NCBI GenBank assembly: GCA_030622515.1
Contig: JAUXGB010000002.1
Coordinates: 1-40,710 of the forward strand
Origin: Candidatus Altiarchaeota archaeon
GTDB lineage: Archaea > SpSt-1190 > DYHY01
DNA length: 40,710 nt
Reading direction: 5' to 3'
In this document: one piece after another, positions 28,455 to 37,643 of the stretch
Layout: every line of letters begins with the position of its first letter
Numbering within the stretch: position 1 is the stretch's first letter
Notes under the pieces: model-generated
What the model saw: only the letters and a program-made list of their open reading frames with translations
Database searches by the model: none
Told to the model about the DNA's origin: nothing
Position numbers and translations under genes: made by a program

Positions 28455-29714
28455 ATGGAGCTAAGAACGCCAAGAGGAATGAGGGATTTCCTCCCTGAGG
28501 AGATGCTCTTCAGGGAAAAGGTGATTGAGGTAATCAGAGCCACATTTGAGGCCTACGGCTTCCCCCCTCTTGAGACCCCAATACTCGAAAACCTTGAGGT
28601 CCTGACAGCCAAATCAGGCGAAGCTATCAAGAAGGAAATCTACGCCTTCAAGGACAAAGGCGACCGCGACGTTGGCCTAAGGTTCGACCTCACTGTCCCA
28701 CTGGCAAGGGTCTTTGCCTCCAACCCCCAGCTTCCAAAGCCATTCAAGCGCTACGCAATCTCCCGCGTCTACCGCTACGACGAACCCCAAGCTGGCAGGT
28801 TTAGGGAATTTTGGACAGCAGATATAGACATTTTAGGAACAAACAATCCTCTTGCCGACGCCACCATTGTCGCGGCCGCGGTCGAAGCTCTCAAAAGATT
28901 AGGCTTCACAAACTTTAAGGTAAAGGTAAATGATAGGAAGATAATCAACTCAGCCGTTTTAAAGGCAGGCATAAGGGACGAAAAAACCAACAGTGTCATC
29001 CGGGCAATTGACAAGCTGGAAAAGATTGGAAAAGCAGGAGTCGGGAAAGAGCTTGAAACAGCAGGCATAACCCCAGACCAAAGCAAAAAACTATTTTCCG
29101 TGCTTGAACTCGGCGGCAACAATGTAGAAAAGCTTGAAAAAGCGGAAAAGCTTCTCGGCTCTGGGCCTTTCGCCGAGCTGAAGAAGTTCCTGACAGCAGT
29201 GGCAGGCTTTAATTTCCTCGACCTTTGCGAAGTTGACTTCACTCTTGCGCGAGGTTTTGACTACTACACCAGCTTGGTTTTCGAAATTGTTTCGAACGAG
29301 AAAAAAATAGGCAGCCTTGCGGGCGGCGGAAGGTTTGACAACATGATAGAGCAGTTCGGTGGAGGTAAGGTCCCCGCTGTCGGCATCGGCCTAGGCATCG
29401 AGCGAATCATTGAGTTGATGGACAAGAAAGACTCGCCCAAGACAAGGACAAGCGTCTTTTTCATCCCAATCGGCGAAACGACAGCGACAGCAATTGAGCT
29501 GGCAACCAAGCTGCGCAAGCGCGGAACCAACTGCGACATGGAGATGAGCGGGAGGAAGCTTGGCAAATCCTTGGCCTACGCAGGGAAACTCGGCATCGAG
29601 TGGGCCGTGATTGTCGGCGAAAAAGACCTGACAAAAGGCCAAATAACCTTAAGGAACCTCTACACAGGGAAGGAAGAACGGGTTCCAATCGACAAGCTGG
29701 TTGAGAGGTTCTGA
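28455..29714 (+). CDS. hisS: Histidine--tRNA ligase
   Basis: PRGMRD, LRFDLTVP, YRYDEPQAGRFREF, RGFDYY, GGGRFD. Confidence 0.97.
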   Translation: MELRTPRGMRDFLPEEMLFREKVIEVIRATFEAYGFPPLETPILENLEVLTAKSGEAIKKEIYAFKDKGDRDVGLRFDLTVPLARVFASNPQLPKPFKRYAISRVYRYDEPQAGRFREFWTADIDILGTNNPLADATIVAAAVEALKRLGFTNFKVKVNDRKIINSAVLKAGIRDEKTNSVIRAIDKLEKIGKAGVGKELETAGITPDQSKKLFSVLELGGNNVEKLEKAEKLLGSGPFAELKKFLTAVAGFNFLDLCEVDFTLARGFDYYTSLVFEIVSNEKKIGSLAGGGRFDNMIEQFGGGKVPAVGIGLGIERIIELMDKKDSPKTRTSVFFIPIGETTATAIELATKLRKRGTNCDMEMSGRKLGKSLAYAGKLGIEWAVIVGEKDLTKGQITLRNLYTGKEERVPIDKLVERF

Positions 29715-29782
29715 ACAGCTTAAAAATCCCTTTTAAACCCCCAGACCTAAACTCTTAAAGCCTCGAGGGTTTTTGGAAGCCT

Positions 29783-30160
29783 ATGGCAGACGTAAATGAG
29801 GAAGTAACTGGTTCTTTGAGGGAATGCGCCATCTCGATGGCGCTGTTCAATTTGCACCCGGATGTTAATGTGAAGCTGGCGAACCTGCAGCACCTGAACA
29901 AGGCCTACAGCGCTCTCCAGCACAAGGTAGACAGCAAGAAAGTGCAGGTTGGGGAGATTGATACGGCCCTTGAGGATGCGAAAAAAGCCGTCGAAGATGC
30001 AGTTGAGAAGCTCGAACTCAAGCCTGACGTCCGCGAGCGGGTGTCACGGGTGGCGCCAAACACGCTGAACCAGATTGTTGACAATTTGAAAAAGAACAAC
30101 GCAATCCAGATTAATTCAAAGGTAGTTTTCAGGCAGGAAGAAAAGCCAAACGTCGATTAA
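29783..30160 (+). CDS. Hypothetical helical protein
   Basis: 125-aa ORF; CTTAAAG box about 28 nt upstream. Confidence 0.7.
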   Translation: MADVNEEVTGSLRECAISMALFNLHPDVNVKLANLQHLNKAYSALQHKVDSKKVQVGEIDTALEDAKKAVEDAVEKLELKPDVRERVSRVAPNTLNQIVDNLKKNNAIQINSKVVFRQEEKPNVD

Positions 30161-30384
30161 ATCTGCTCAATCCGCCCTTCATCAACCTGTCTTTCAGAAG
30201 CCCTTTTGGCAGCTTTGTTTAGTGTTGAGATGTAGCCAGCGACCTGATTCCTAAGCCTCTTGCTAAGCTGAAGTTCTTTTATGGTCGCTTTGTTCTTGGA
30301 AAATTCCTCCGAAAACCTCTCAGGATAATCGGCTGCCAACTTTTTCCCGGCCCTTTTGACAAGGCGATTTTTTATTTTGCCCAT
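30157..30384 (-). CDS. rps17e: 30S ribosomal protein S17e
   Basis: MGKIK...[18 protein letters not shown]. Confidence 0.95.
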   Translation of the reverse strand: MGKIKNRLVKRAGKKLAADYPERFSEEFSKNKATIKELQLSKRLRNQVAGYISTLNKAAKRASERQVDEGRIEQI

Positions 30385-30590
30385 TTAAGCACCTCTACCC
30401 TTTCAGAACTGCCGTCAGGGGAAGTTCGGACAACAATAAAAGGTATTCTCCCTTTTTCAAGCTCCTCGCTTGCAAGCCTGATGGGGTCTTTCTTATCGGA
30501 TTTTATCAGAACAGGGGCCCCAAGCGCGATTTGGAGCGACCTCGCCCCTAGTATTCTTGCCAGCTCGTAGCGTGTGATTGAACTTGCCAT
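30372..30590 (-). CDS. rpoK: RNA polymerase subunit K (Rpo6)
   Basis: [21 protein letters not shown]. Confidence 0.96.
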   Translation of the reverse strand: MASSITRYELARILGARSLQIALGAPVLIKSDKKDPIRLASEELEKGRIPFIVVRTSPDGSSERVEVLKWAK

Positions 30591-30632
30591 CTAGGTCTTG
30601 GTTGGACAACCACCTTTTAAGCCTTTCTATCG

Positions 30633-31115
30633 CTAAATAGGCTCACTTACTGCTTTCGCCGAAAGAATTCTCGAATTTCCCCCGGGGTCTTCAAGGACAA
30701 GCGTGAAATTTGCTTCCTGCTTCAGCTGCCTGAGCTTTGACAAGGCGGCCGGCTCGCTTGCAAACACTTTCTCAAACCTTTCCAGAACCCCTTCAACATT
30801 TGTTATGTAGCCTTCCGCAATTTCGCCCGGCTTGATTGTCCCACCAATCTCAGGAATAGTTAGTGTTGCTGTGGACGATTTGACAACCCTGACCCCGAGC
30901 TCGTCCAGACTCTCCACCTTGAATGTGATTTTAGACGGCTTCCCTTTCTTCAGCGGATAGACGTCTGTCGCGGAGAAGCCGCAGGATTCGCACTTGTAGT
31001 GAATCTCAATTATCCCTTCGGGAAAAAACTGGGGCTCGTCAATTATGTGCTCACTGACCGACAGCCCATGCTTCTTGCAGACCGGACAAAACAAATGCTT
31101 GGCAAGCTTTTTCAT
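30633..31115 (-). CDS. ZPR1 zinc-finger protein
   Basis: CPVC...CESCGF, VKS..A...IPE, EGYITNVEGVL, DPGGNS. Confidence 0.92.
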   Translation of the reverse strand: MKKLAKHLFCPVCKKHGLSVSEHIIDEPQFFPEGIIEIHYKCESCGFSATDVYPLKKGKPSKITFKVESLDELGVRVVKSSTATLTIPEIGGTIKPGEIAEGYITNVEGVLERFEKVFASEPAALSKLRQLKQEANFTLVLEDPGGNSRILSAKAVSEPI

Positions 31116-31116
31116 T

Positions 31117-31482
31117 CTAGGTCTTTTCGATAGCAACCGACGGAGGAACAATAATTATCCAGTTGTCGTCAATTGCAGCCAAGTCCCCTCCGGTTGCGGC
31201 GCAGTGGGTCTTAAGCCTGTTTATTGACCTTTTTAATTCAGTCATGTCCTTTTCCCTGAGCGGGGAAATCTTTACCATAACAATCTTGTGCCCGCCCCTC
31301 AGCAGCTGGAGAACAGGCTCAGTGTCCTGGAATCTTTCAAGAACAGACATGTGGAGCGCCAGCTTTTTTGGCTCGCCACCTTCCTTCAAATCAACCTCAA
31401 TTATATCGTCAGAAGGTCCAGTCACACCCCGTTTGGGGTTGAAAAGCTTCGAAGTAAACCTCTTTATGTGTTTCGTCACCAT
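31117..31482 (-). CDS. sepF: Cell division protein SepF
   Basis: LR.G..IV.V.I.PLR.KD..ELKR.I..LK.....GGD.A......II.P. Confidence 0.9.
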   Translation of the reverse strand: MVTKHIKRFTSKLFNPKRGVTGPSDDIIEVDLKEGGEPKKLALHMSVLERFQDTEPVLQLLRGGHKIVMVKISPLREKDMTELKRSINRLKTHCAATGGDLAAIDDNWIIIVPPSVAIEKT

Positions 31483-31522
31483 TCTATATCACCAATCACC
31501 TAAAAACCGCTCTTCTTTCTAT

Positions 31523-31777
31523 TTAATGCTTTCCGCCACTACCCTCAAGAAGGCTCGCTATCTGCCACAACTTTGTTCTTGTGTGGACCGGAATGTTGGG
31601 GTCGTTGCTCATGTCGTCAAGGACGGAGATGGCTGCGTTCAGCCTGACCTGAATGCTCTGTTCCTTGTTGTTAAGCCTTTCAAGAATGTCCTGCGAGTGC
31701 TTCCTTATGTTTTTAGGAACAGAATTGTCCTGCGCAATGCTTTCAAGGGCAGAAATAGCATCTTCAAGCTTTCCCAT
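31523..31777 (-). CDS. UPF0147 family protein
   Basis: D.SVPKNIR, AIS.LDD.SNDPN.P.HTRT..W. Confidence 0.92.
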   Translation of the reverse strand: MGKLEDAISALESIAQDNSVPKNIRKHSQDILERLNNKEQSIQVRLNAAISVLDDMSNDPNIPVHTRTKLWQIASLLEGSGGKH

Positions 31778-31794
31778 AGGATTCACCGACGTTC

Positions 31795-32742
31795 TTAAGC
31801 TTGAATTATGCCTTTTATAATCTTTGCTGCCTCTTCAACGCCTTTTTTAGCTTCGCAGGTTAGGTTTGCTGAAGCTGCGCCACCATGGCCTCCGCCAGAA
31901 CCGCCAAGCTTCTTCCCAAGCGGCTCAAACACCTGCTTGCCAAGGTGAATCTTGCTTTCCATCCTCCAGGCTGCCCGTCCGCTTATCCTGCAGCCGTCGC
32001 TCTTCTCAGCGCCAACAACAGCAATGTCGGCCCCTGCCCGGATAAGCGTGCCTGCAACAACAGCCTCAAAGCTGCCGGCTAGACTGCTTGCCAAAAGAAA
32101 ATCGCCAAGCCTTTCCAGCTTGACATTCTTCATCGCCTTGAGGACCGCTATCTTCTCGGATACGTCTGGAGAAGTGCGAAGCAGCTGGACCGCTTCCTTT
32201 GTCTTCAGCTTGTATTTTGAAACTATCTCGGCAAGGGTTTTGAATGTATCAACATCACCAAGGGAGGTGTGCTGGGTATCTGCAAAGATTCCGGCCACCA
32301 TGGCCTTTGCCGACTTCTCGCTAAGCTCTTTCCCGTCCTCCTTAAGCAGCTTGTAGATTACCTCGCAGCACGAAGGCCTTTCCTCCAAAAGGTAGTTTTT
32401 GGTTTTGTTGCTGAACTCCTTGCGGGAATAGTGGTGGTCAATGATGGCAATAACCTTCAGCTTGTCGAAATTGTAGGGAGAGACCTGATCAGGGCTTGGC
32501 ACATCCAGCAGGACCACCCCGTCAAAATTGTCCGCATTAGGGTTGATTTCAACCGTGTATCCAAGCGCGGTTGCCATATTCCTCGCCGACCTGTTTATGC
32601 TTTCAGGGGCACCAATCGAAATCAAGGCGTCTTCCGAATAAGCCTCAGCAATCGCAATTGCGCAAGCGACCCCGTCAGCATCGCCATTGTGGTGCGTAAG
32701 TAACAGCACCTTCTTTCCTTTAATCAAAGAGGATAGTTTCAT
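31795..32742 (-). CDS. DHH family phosphoesterase
   Basis: TH..GDADG, IIDHH, GI.ADT, GGGH..AA. Confidence 0.9.
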   Translation of the reverse strand: MKLSSLIKGKKVLLLTHHNGDADGVACAIAIAEAYSEDALISIGAPESINRSARNMATALGYTVEINPNADNFDGVVLLDVPSPDQVSPYNFDKLKVIAIIDHHYSRKEFSNKTKNYLLEERPSCCEVIYKLLKEDGKELSEKSAKAMVAGIFADTQHTSLGDVDTFKTLAEIVSKYKLKTKEAVQLLRTSPDVSEKIAVLKAMKNVKLERLGDFLLASSLAGSFEAVVAGTLIRAGADIAVVGAEKSDGCRISGRAAWRMESKIHLGKQVFEPLGKKLGGSGGGHGGAASANLTCEAKKGVEEAAKIIKGIIQA

Positions 32743-33092
32743 CCTGAAAGTCCCTGAAGGTGAGGCTTTAGCTTTTCGCCAAGGGCCTTTATCCTGTCAC
32801 CCAGCCTCTTCTCCTGTGCCTCAATCGTCTTAAGCCTCAATCCAATCTTCTCCTTCGAGTCCTTGAGATATTTCTGAACATCATCTTTCTTCGACTTTAC
32901 AAGAATCGGGCCAACCGCCCTGAAGACATCACCGGCAGAATCCTTCAACGCATCTTCAGCAGATTCCATCTCGAGGCTTTGTATCTCCAGCTGCTGGCGC
33001 TGAAGTGCCATTACCTGAGCCTGCTGCTGGTACTGCTGGATTTGCATCAGCAGGTGCTTTATTTCATCCTCTTTATTCTTGTCAACTTTCAT
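32739..33092 (-). CDS. pfdB: Prefoldin beta subunit
   Basis: Coiled coils around VFRAVGPILV; conserved gene order. Confidence 0.93.
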   Translation of the reverse strand: MKVDKNKEDEIKHLLMQIQQYQQQAQVMALQRQQLEIQSLEMESAEDALKDSAGDVFRAVGPILVKSKKDDVQKYLKDSKEKIGLRLKTIEAQEKRLGDRIKALGEKLKPHLQGLSG

Positions 33093-33227
33093 CTATCTCG
33101 CCTTAACCGTCTTGACAGCCCCGCTTCTTTTTTTCATAAGGACCTTGTACCCGCAGAAGGGGCATCTTATCTTTTTGAAATCCTCATCAAGTTCAACATT
33201 TTTCCCGCATCTCATGCAAACATACAT
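33093..33227 (-). CDS. rpoP: RNA polymerase subunit P (Rpo12), 44 aa
   Basis: Hand translation MYVCMRCGKNVELDEDFKKIRCPFCGYKVLMKKRSGAVKTVKAR; between rpl37ae and pfdB. Confidence 0.95.
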   Translation of the reverse strand: MYVCMRCGKNVELDEDFKKIRCPFCGYKVLMKKRSGAVKTVKAR

Positions 33228-33497
33228 CTAGGCACTCTCCTTTTTCTTCATCTCTTCAGAGGCTGCAAAAATCTTGGCAACGCCGGCCTTTGGCTTGTAA
33301 GCGCCTCCGGCAAACTTGGCACCGCACTTTTTACAAAGCCAGATTCCGGAACCAACCCGCTTCACCCTTTGGTAGGTGCAGACCGGGCACGGGTGCTTTT
33401 TCTTCTGGACCTTCTCAATCTCGGCTACATTTTTCCTAATCCTAGTCCCGTATCTGGAGCCAAACCTGCCAGTAGAAAGCGATTTCTTGGTTGCCAT
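33228..33497 (-). CDS. rpl37ae: 50S ribosomal protein L37ae
   Basis: GRFGSRYG, CPVC, GIWLCKKCG.KFAGGAY. Confidence 0.97.
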   Translation of the reverse strand: MATKKSLSTGRFGSRYGTRIRKNVAEIEKVQKKKHPCPVCTYQRVKRVGSGIWLCKKCGAKFAGGAYKPKAGVAKIFAASEEMKKKESA

Positions 33498-33620
33498 GGC
33501 TAATGGCCGAAACCGCCCTTTTAAATACTTTTCACTTAAACACTAACGTACGAAACCATACTCTGATGAACAAAAACTATTTAACCTTTCATGACACTAT
33601 ATAGCATGGGAGGGGATAGC

Positions 33621-33782
33621 ATGATTTTCAGGAAAAGAAGTGCAGAGCCGTACCTTGGGAGCAGCCCTTTCGACAGGGCACCGTCGCCAGAGCGGAGGAA
33701 GCCATACCTTCGCCCTGACATAGCCCTTATTCCCTACAGGCACGACTCGCCGTCAAGTTACGCAGAAATAGGGCTTGATTGA
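33621..33782 (+). CDS. 53-aa Pro/Ser/Tyr-rich small protein
   Basis: GGGAGG Shine-Dalgarno before ATG 33621; own TATTTAAC promoter. Confidence 0.6.
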   Translation: MIFRKRSAEPYLGSSPFDRAPSPERRKPYLRPDIALIPYRHDSPSSYAEIGLD

Positions 33783-33858
33783 TGTACCAAAATGTACCCC
33801 AAGTGACAAAAATTATTTAACTTAATAACTACCATATAGTAGTAGGAGTGTGTAAATC

Positions 33859-34104
33859 ATGGAAAAAGGAAAAGGCTACCTAACACTATCTGACGGACAT
33901 AAGGTGAAGGTTCCCGGGTCAAGGCTAACAGCATATGGACAGGGACAGGTTCCTTCAGGTCCTGAAAGCCCTTACGAACAGGATGCTAAAACGCCGTCAA
34001 GAGGCGCTGGCCATTATGGCGATATGGAGACCACTACATACCGTAGGGCCAAGGAAAAGTATGGCGACGGCAAAGATTTCGAAGGAAGGGAGTTCAAGCT
34101 CTGA
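33859..34104 (+). CDS. 81-aa small protein with LTxYGxxQVPSxPxSPY motif
   Basis: AGGAG Shine-Dalgarno; motif shared with the next gene. Confidence 0.8.
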   Translation: MEKGKGYLTLSDGHKVKVPGSRLTAYGQGQVPSGPESPYEQDAKTPSRGAGHYGDMETTTYRRAKEKYGDGKDFEGREFKL

Positions 34105-34114
34105 GGTGAGAAAG

Positions 34115-34477
34115 ATGACAGCAATCCTGCTTAAGCGAAAAGGAAAGATGCCAGTCAAGATGCCAACCGTTGTTCTCACAGGATATGGAACAGACCAGGT
34201 TCCTTCGCCTCCTGCAAGCCCTTACGATGAGGCCAAATTTGTCACAGGGTATGGCGAGCTTGGCGGCGGCCATGTGGTTAAAGACCCTCTCACAAAAGCT
34301 CCCAAGCACATTCCAAACATTATTACCAACTACTCCCGAATTGGCGCCAAGTTAGAGCCTGCAACCCCTTGGGCCCCTCGCGGCTATTCCGAACGACCTG
34401 TCCATCTAGACCCTGCCGACCTTATAGGCGGACACAATCCGGTCAGAAAGACAGCTTACAAAGAGAAAGAAGCCTGA
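34115..34477 (+). CDS. 120-aa small protein with LTxYGxxQVPSxPxSPY motif
   Basis: GAGGTGA Shine-Dalgarno before ATG 34115. Confidence 0.8.
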   Translation: MTAILLKRKGKMPVKMPTVVLTGYGTDQVPSPPASPYDEAKFVTGYGELGGGHVVKDPLTKAPKHIPNIITNYSRIGAKLEPATPWAPRGYSERPVHLDPADLIGGHNPVRKTAYKEKEA

Positions 34478-34538
34478 TTTTTGACAAAAGTATTACAAAG
34501 AAAACATTTATTACCTAGTAATACTCATAAAAGCTACT

Positions 34539-35636
34539 ATGAAAGCAATAGTCCTAGCAGGAGGTTTTGGAAAAAGGCTTCACCCACTCACAAAACTAAC
34601 CCCCAAGCCTCTTCTTCCAATTGTTGGCAAGCCGGTGATGGGCCACATAATTGACAGCCTCTACGCTGCAGGCGTCCGCGAAGTCATTGTCTCCGTGAAC
34701 AAGGCTCATGAAAAGGAACTGAGAAACTTCCTTGGAGACGGCACCAAGTTCGGTGTCAAGGCAAGCTATGTCGTTGAAGACAGCACAAGCGACGAGGCCA
34801 AGCCGGGAGCAGTCGGCGCCCTCGGACAGCTGGCGCAGAAGCTTGACAAAGACAGCAATTACATTGTTGCAGGGGCTGACAACTTTGCCCCTGAATTCGA
34901 CTTCGCCAGGCTTGCGGAGGCCCACAAAGCAGGCGGGGCAGTTGTCACCCTTGCCCTTAACAAGGTTACAGACAAGGGCGAGCTCAAGCACCTTGGCGTT
35001 GTCAAGACTGATGAAAATGGCAAGGTTGTCGCTTTTCAGGAAAAGCCAAATGTCGATGAGGCCATCTCCGACCTGGCTAACACAGCCTTCTTTGTCGCCA
35101 AGCCGGAATTTTTCCACAGGGTTACTGCGAAGTATGTCGCTGGCCAGAAAGCGGCCGGACGCAAGCCAGACAACCTTGGTGACATTTTCAAAAAGATGGT
35201 TGAATGGAACGACCATGTCCATTCCTACACCTTTGACGGGCTCTGGATTGATGTTGGAAACCCAAACGCCTACCTAAGGGCGACAAAATACCTTGTAAAG
35301 TCGGTATGCAACGGCAACGGCCCTGTGGTTGACTGGTCTGCCAGCTTCGACGCGGATGCGGCAGTTGTCGGCACCTCGATTATTGAGAAAAACGTCAAGG
35401 TCGGCCAGGGTTCCCTTGTAAAGGAAGGGTGCCACATTATGGAGAATGTCAAGATTGGCAAGGGCTGCATTGTTGAAGGCTCTGTGATTTTCCCAAATGC
35501 AGAAGTTGGTGACAACGCGAGGCTTCATAACTGCATTGTTACCGAGAATTCAATAGTGCCAAAAGGCCACATAAGCGAGAAGCCGAAAGTTCTTCACAAC
35601 GGCTCTACAGCTCCCCAACCAGAAGGCCTGCAGTAA
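34539..35636 (+). CDS. NDP-sugar synthase (sugar-1-phosphate nucleotidyltransferase with left-handed beta-helix)
   Basis: LAGGFGKRLHPLT...PKPLLP, FQEKP, WIDVG, hexapeptide repeats. Confidence 0.92.
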   Translation: MKAIVLAGGFGKRLHPLTKLTPKPLLPIVGKPVMGHIIDSLYAAGVREVIVSVNKAHEKELRNFLGDGTKFGVKASYVVEDSTSDEAKPGAVGALGQLAQKLDKDSNYIVAGADNFAPEFDFARLAEAHKAGGAVVTLALNKVTDKGELKHLGVVKTDENGKVVAFQEKPNVDEAISDLANTAFFVAKPEFFHRVTAKYVAGQKAAGRKPDNLGDIFKKMVEWNDHVHSYTFDGLWIDVGNPNAYLRATKYLVKSVCNGNGPVVDWSASFDADAAVVGTSIIEKNVKVGQGSLVKEGCHIMENVKIGKGCIVEGSVIFPNAEVGDNARLHNCIVTENSIVPKGHISEKPKVLHNGSTAPQPEGLQ

Positions 35637-36810
35637 AGGCATCGCCAAGCCCCAAAGTTGTTTTCGCTCTGATTGGTTTGTTGAAGCAGATTGCAACCTG
35701 CCCGCGGACCTCGCATTCAATTTGCTTATCGGCCACGCGGGACACATCCTTCCATGTTGGCGTTCGTCCGCAGGAAGCTTTCGCCTTCGCCACAAGATTC
35801 CCAAGCGCAAGCGCCTTCAGTTCCTTCTTCGAAGAAAGCCTCGAGCCTTTTGAAACGACAGAAAACGAATGCTCCCTTGCATGCACCACCAGCCTCTCCA
35901 GCTTGGCCCTTGAGGCCAGCTTTCTTCCAGCCCTGACTTGCGCCTCCAACCCCTCAAGCCTTCCCTTTGAAAAAAGTTCCAGTTCTGTTTCATCCATCCC
36001 AACCCGGCCACAGAGCGGGAAAACCTCCTTTAGCAGATAATTCCCGACCCCCCTCTTTCTCATGTCGCCAAGTTCAAGGTGAATAGCAAGCTTCGGGTTG
36101 AATTTTTTCAGCTCGCCTATAACCTCTTTCGCCTTGAGAATGTCCTTGGTGTCCTCGGCAAGAGGAAATCCTGCCACCAGACAGGTGTTGGCGTGATGCG
36201 CCAGCTTATGAAGGGAGTGGGCAAAGTGCGGGTTCACCCTCATCCTTGAATTAATCCTGTCAAAAGTAGCGATAAACCTGTCGGTCTCCTTTGCAACCCT
36301 CTTCCCAAACCTCTGCCCCTTCCTGAAATTAAAAATCCAGTGGAACTCGCGCTCAGGACCGAAGGCAAGCTTACCTGCTGGAAGATACTTGATTCTTCCA
36401 TTATGGTCAAGCCTTGGGAACAAGATTTTGCTGTTGAGCAACTTCCCTTTCAATTCCGACAGGGAATAGGAGTGGCAATATACCTTTTTTGCTTTCAGCG
36501 AAGCAAGCGTTTCACTAACTATCCCTGCCTGCCCCCCGACCTGAAACTTAGCCTTGAAGTTTTTTCCAATCCAGTCGCAGACTTCCTGCGAAGCAATAAT
36601 AGATTCCCCGCCAGCCCCCTTCTCGACAAAGTAAGCAAGGGTCGACAGCAGCTGGTGTTGGTCATAAATCTCCCCGACCAGTTTCGGCTGCGGCAAGCTC
36701 ATCCCCTTCGGCAGCTTCACAACCCCGTCAACGCAGGTGTTGAAGGCGCAGAGGAATCGGCCTTTGGCAGCCTGTTTTTTCCCAAAACGAATTATCTCAG
36801 AGGCCAGCAT
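35605..36810 (-). CDS. ADP-dependent glucokinase/phosphofructokinase family
   Basis: AFNTCVDG, GGQAGI, HWIFNF.KG, DRFI, HLE, GMDETEL, TTLGLGDAF. Confidence 0.88.
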   Translation of the reverse strand: MLASEIIRFGKKQAAKGRFLCAFNTCVDGVVKLPKGMSLPQPKLVGEIYDQHQLLSTLAYFVEKGAGGESIIASQEVCDWIGKNFKAKFQVGGQAGIVSETLASLKAKKVYCHSYSLSELKGKLLNSKILFPRLDHNGRIKYLPAGKLAFGPEREFHWIFNFRKGQRFGKRVAKETDRFIATFDRINSRMRVNPHFAHSLHKLAHHANTCLVAGFPLAEDTKDILKAKEVIGELKKFNPKLAIHLELGDMRKRGVGNYLLKEVFPLCGRVGMDETELELFSKGRLEGLEAQVRAGRKLASRAKLERLVVHAREHSFSVVSKGSRLSSKKELKALALGNLVAKAKASCGRTPTWKDVSRVADKQIECEVRGQVAICFNKPIRAKTTLGLGDAFTAGLLVGEL

Positions 36811-36811
36811 T

Positions 36812-37123
36812 TTACCCGCTCTCTATCTTGTGGATTTTCGCCTGCGCGACTGCAAGCCAGCTGGAAAGGCTTTCGTAGACCTTAGCGTACTTCTTTGTCG
36901 AAGGCCTGTAAAGGTAGCCTTTCTTTACCAGCTTGCCCATAAGGGTGCGAAGCCACTTGCGCTGCGCACTCTTCACGTTAAGCAGCCGCATGACATCCTC
37001 AAGCTTGAAGTGCTGGCCTGTCCTGAACTCCTTCTTGAGAACAGCGAGCGCAGCCGCGACCTTTGACCTGTCTGATTTGAAAGATGAAAGACTGAGGTGA
37101 GAAAGCATCTCTTCTTCGTCCAT
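36812..37123 (-). CDS. Basic winged-helix-like protein
   Basis: LMGKLVKKGYLYR pattern; start at MDEEEM. Confidence 0.6.
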   Translation of the reverse strand: MDEEEMLSHLSLSSFKSDRSKVAAALAVLKKEFRTGQHFKLEDVMRLLNVKSAQRKWLRTLMGKLVKKGYLYRPSTKKYAKVYESLSSWLAVAQAKIHKIESG

Positions 37124-37197
37124 GGTTCTCAGGAAACAGGTTTCGAATAAATGTATATTGGTAAAAAGATATATGGACAATCGTTTATCTAGGGCTT

Positions 37198-37605
37198 ATG
37201 GGAAATCTTGAGATAAAAATCTACTCATACAACAAGGACGAAGTCGGCAAGCTCTCAGTCGTTGACGGCGGAATCAAGCTTGAGCTAACAAGCTACGGAC
37301 CCCTTGCCCTGCCTGCAGCAGCAGTCAGGTCAGCAACTTCCCTAAGGATAGGGAAGGTTGCCCAAAGCATCTATGCCCTGAGGGTTTTCCTCACCCTGCA
37401 GGAAGCGTTCAGGGTTAGGCAGCTGATGAAAGAGCTTAGGCTGGAGTTGCCAGACGGAAAACAGCTCAAGGGTTCGGCCATCTCAAACACCACGGGGGAA
37501 TATGTCGAGTTCTTTGTCGACCCGGTTGATGTTCTTGGCTACGACCAGCGGGAAAAACCGAAAGTTAGGCAGATAATTGACACAATAAACGGGGTCGGAA
37601 AGTAG
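37198..37605 (+). CDS. Hypothetical protein
   Basis: 135-aa ORF with upstream TATA-like box. Confidence 0.7.
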   Translation: MGNLEIKIYSYNKDEVGKLSVVDGGIKLELTSYGPLALPAAAVRSATSLRIGKVAQSIYALRVFLTLQEAFRVRQLMKELRLELPDGKQLKGSAISNTTGEYVEFFVDPVDVLGYDQREKPKVRQIIDTINGVGK

Positions 37606-37643
37606 ATTTATAAAGGCACCCTCTATCTACTCTCCGTGATAAA

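Noticed and set aside
34101-37105. Identical 14-mer CTGAGGTGAGAAAG at 34101 and 37092
   Set aside because: One copy is a Shine-Dalgarno region, the other is antisense inside a CDS; a 14-mer match is expected by chance in 40 kb
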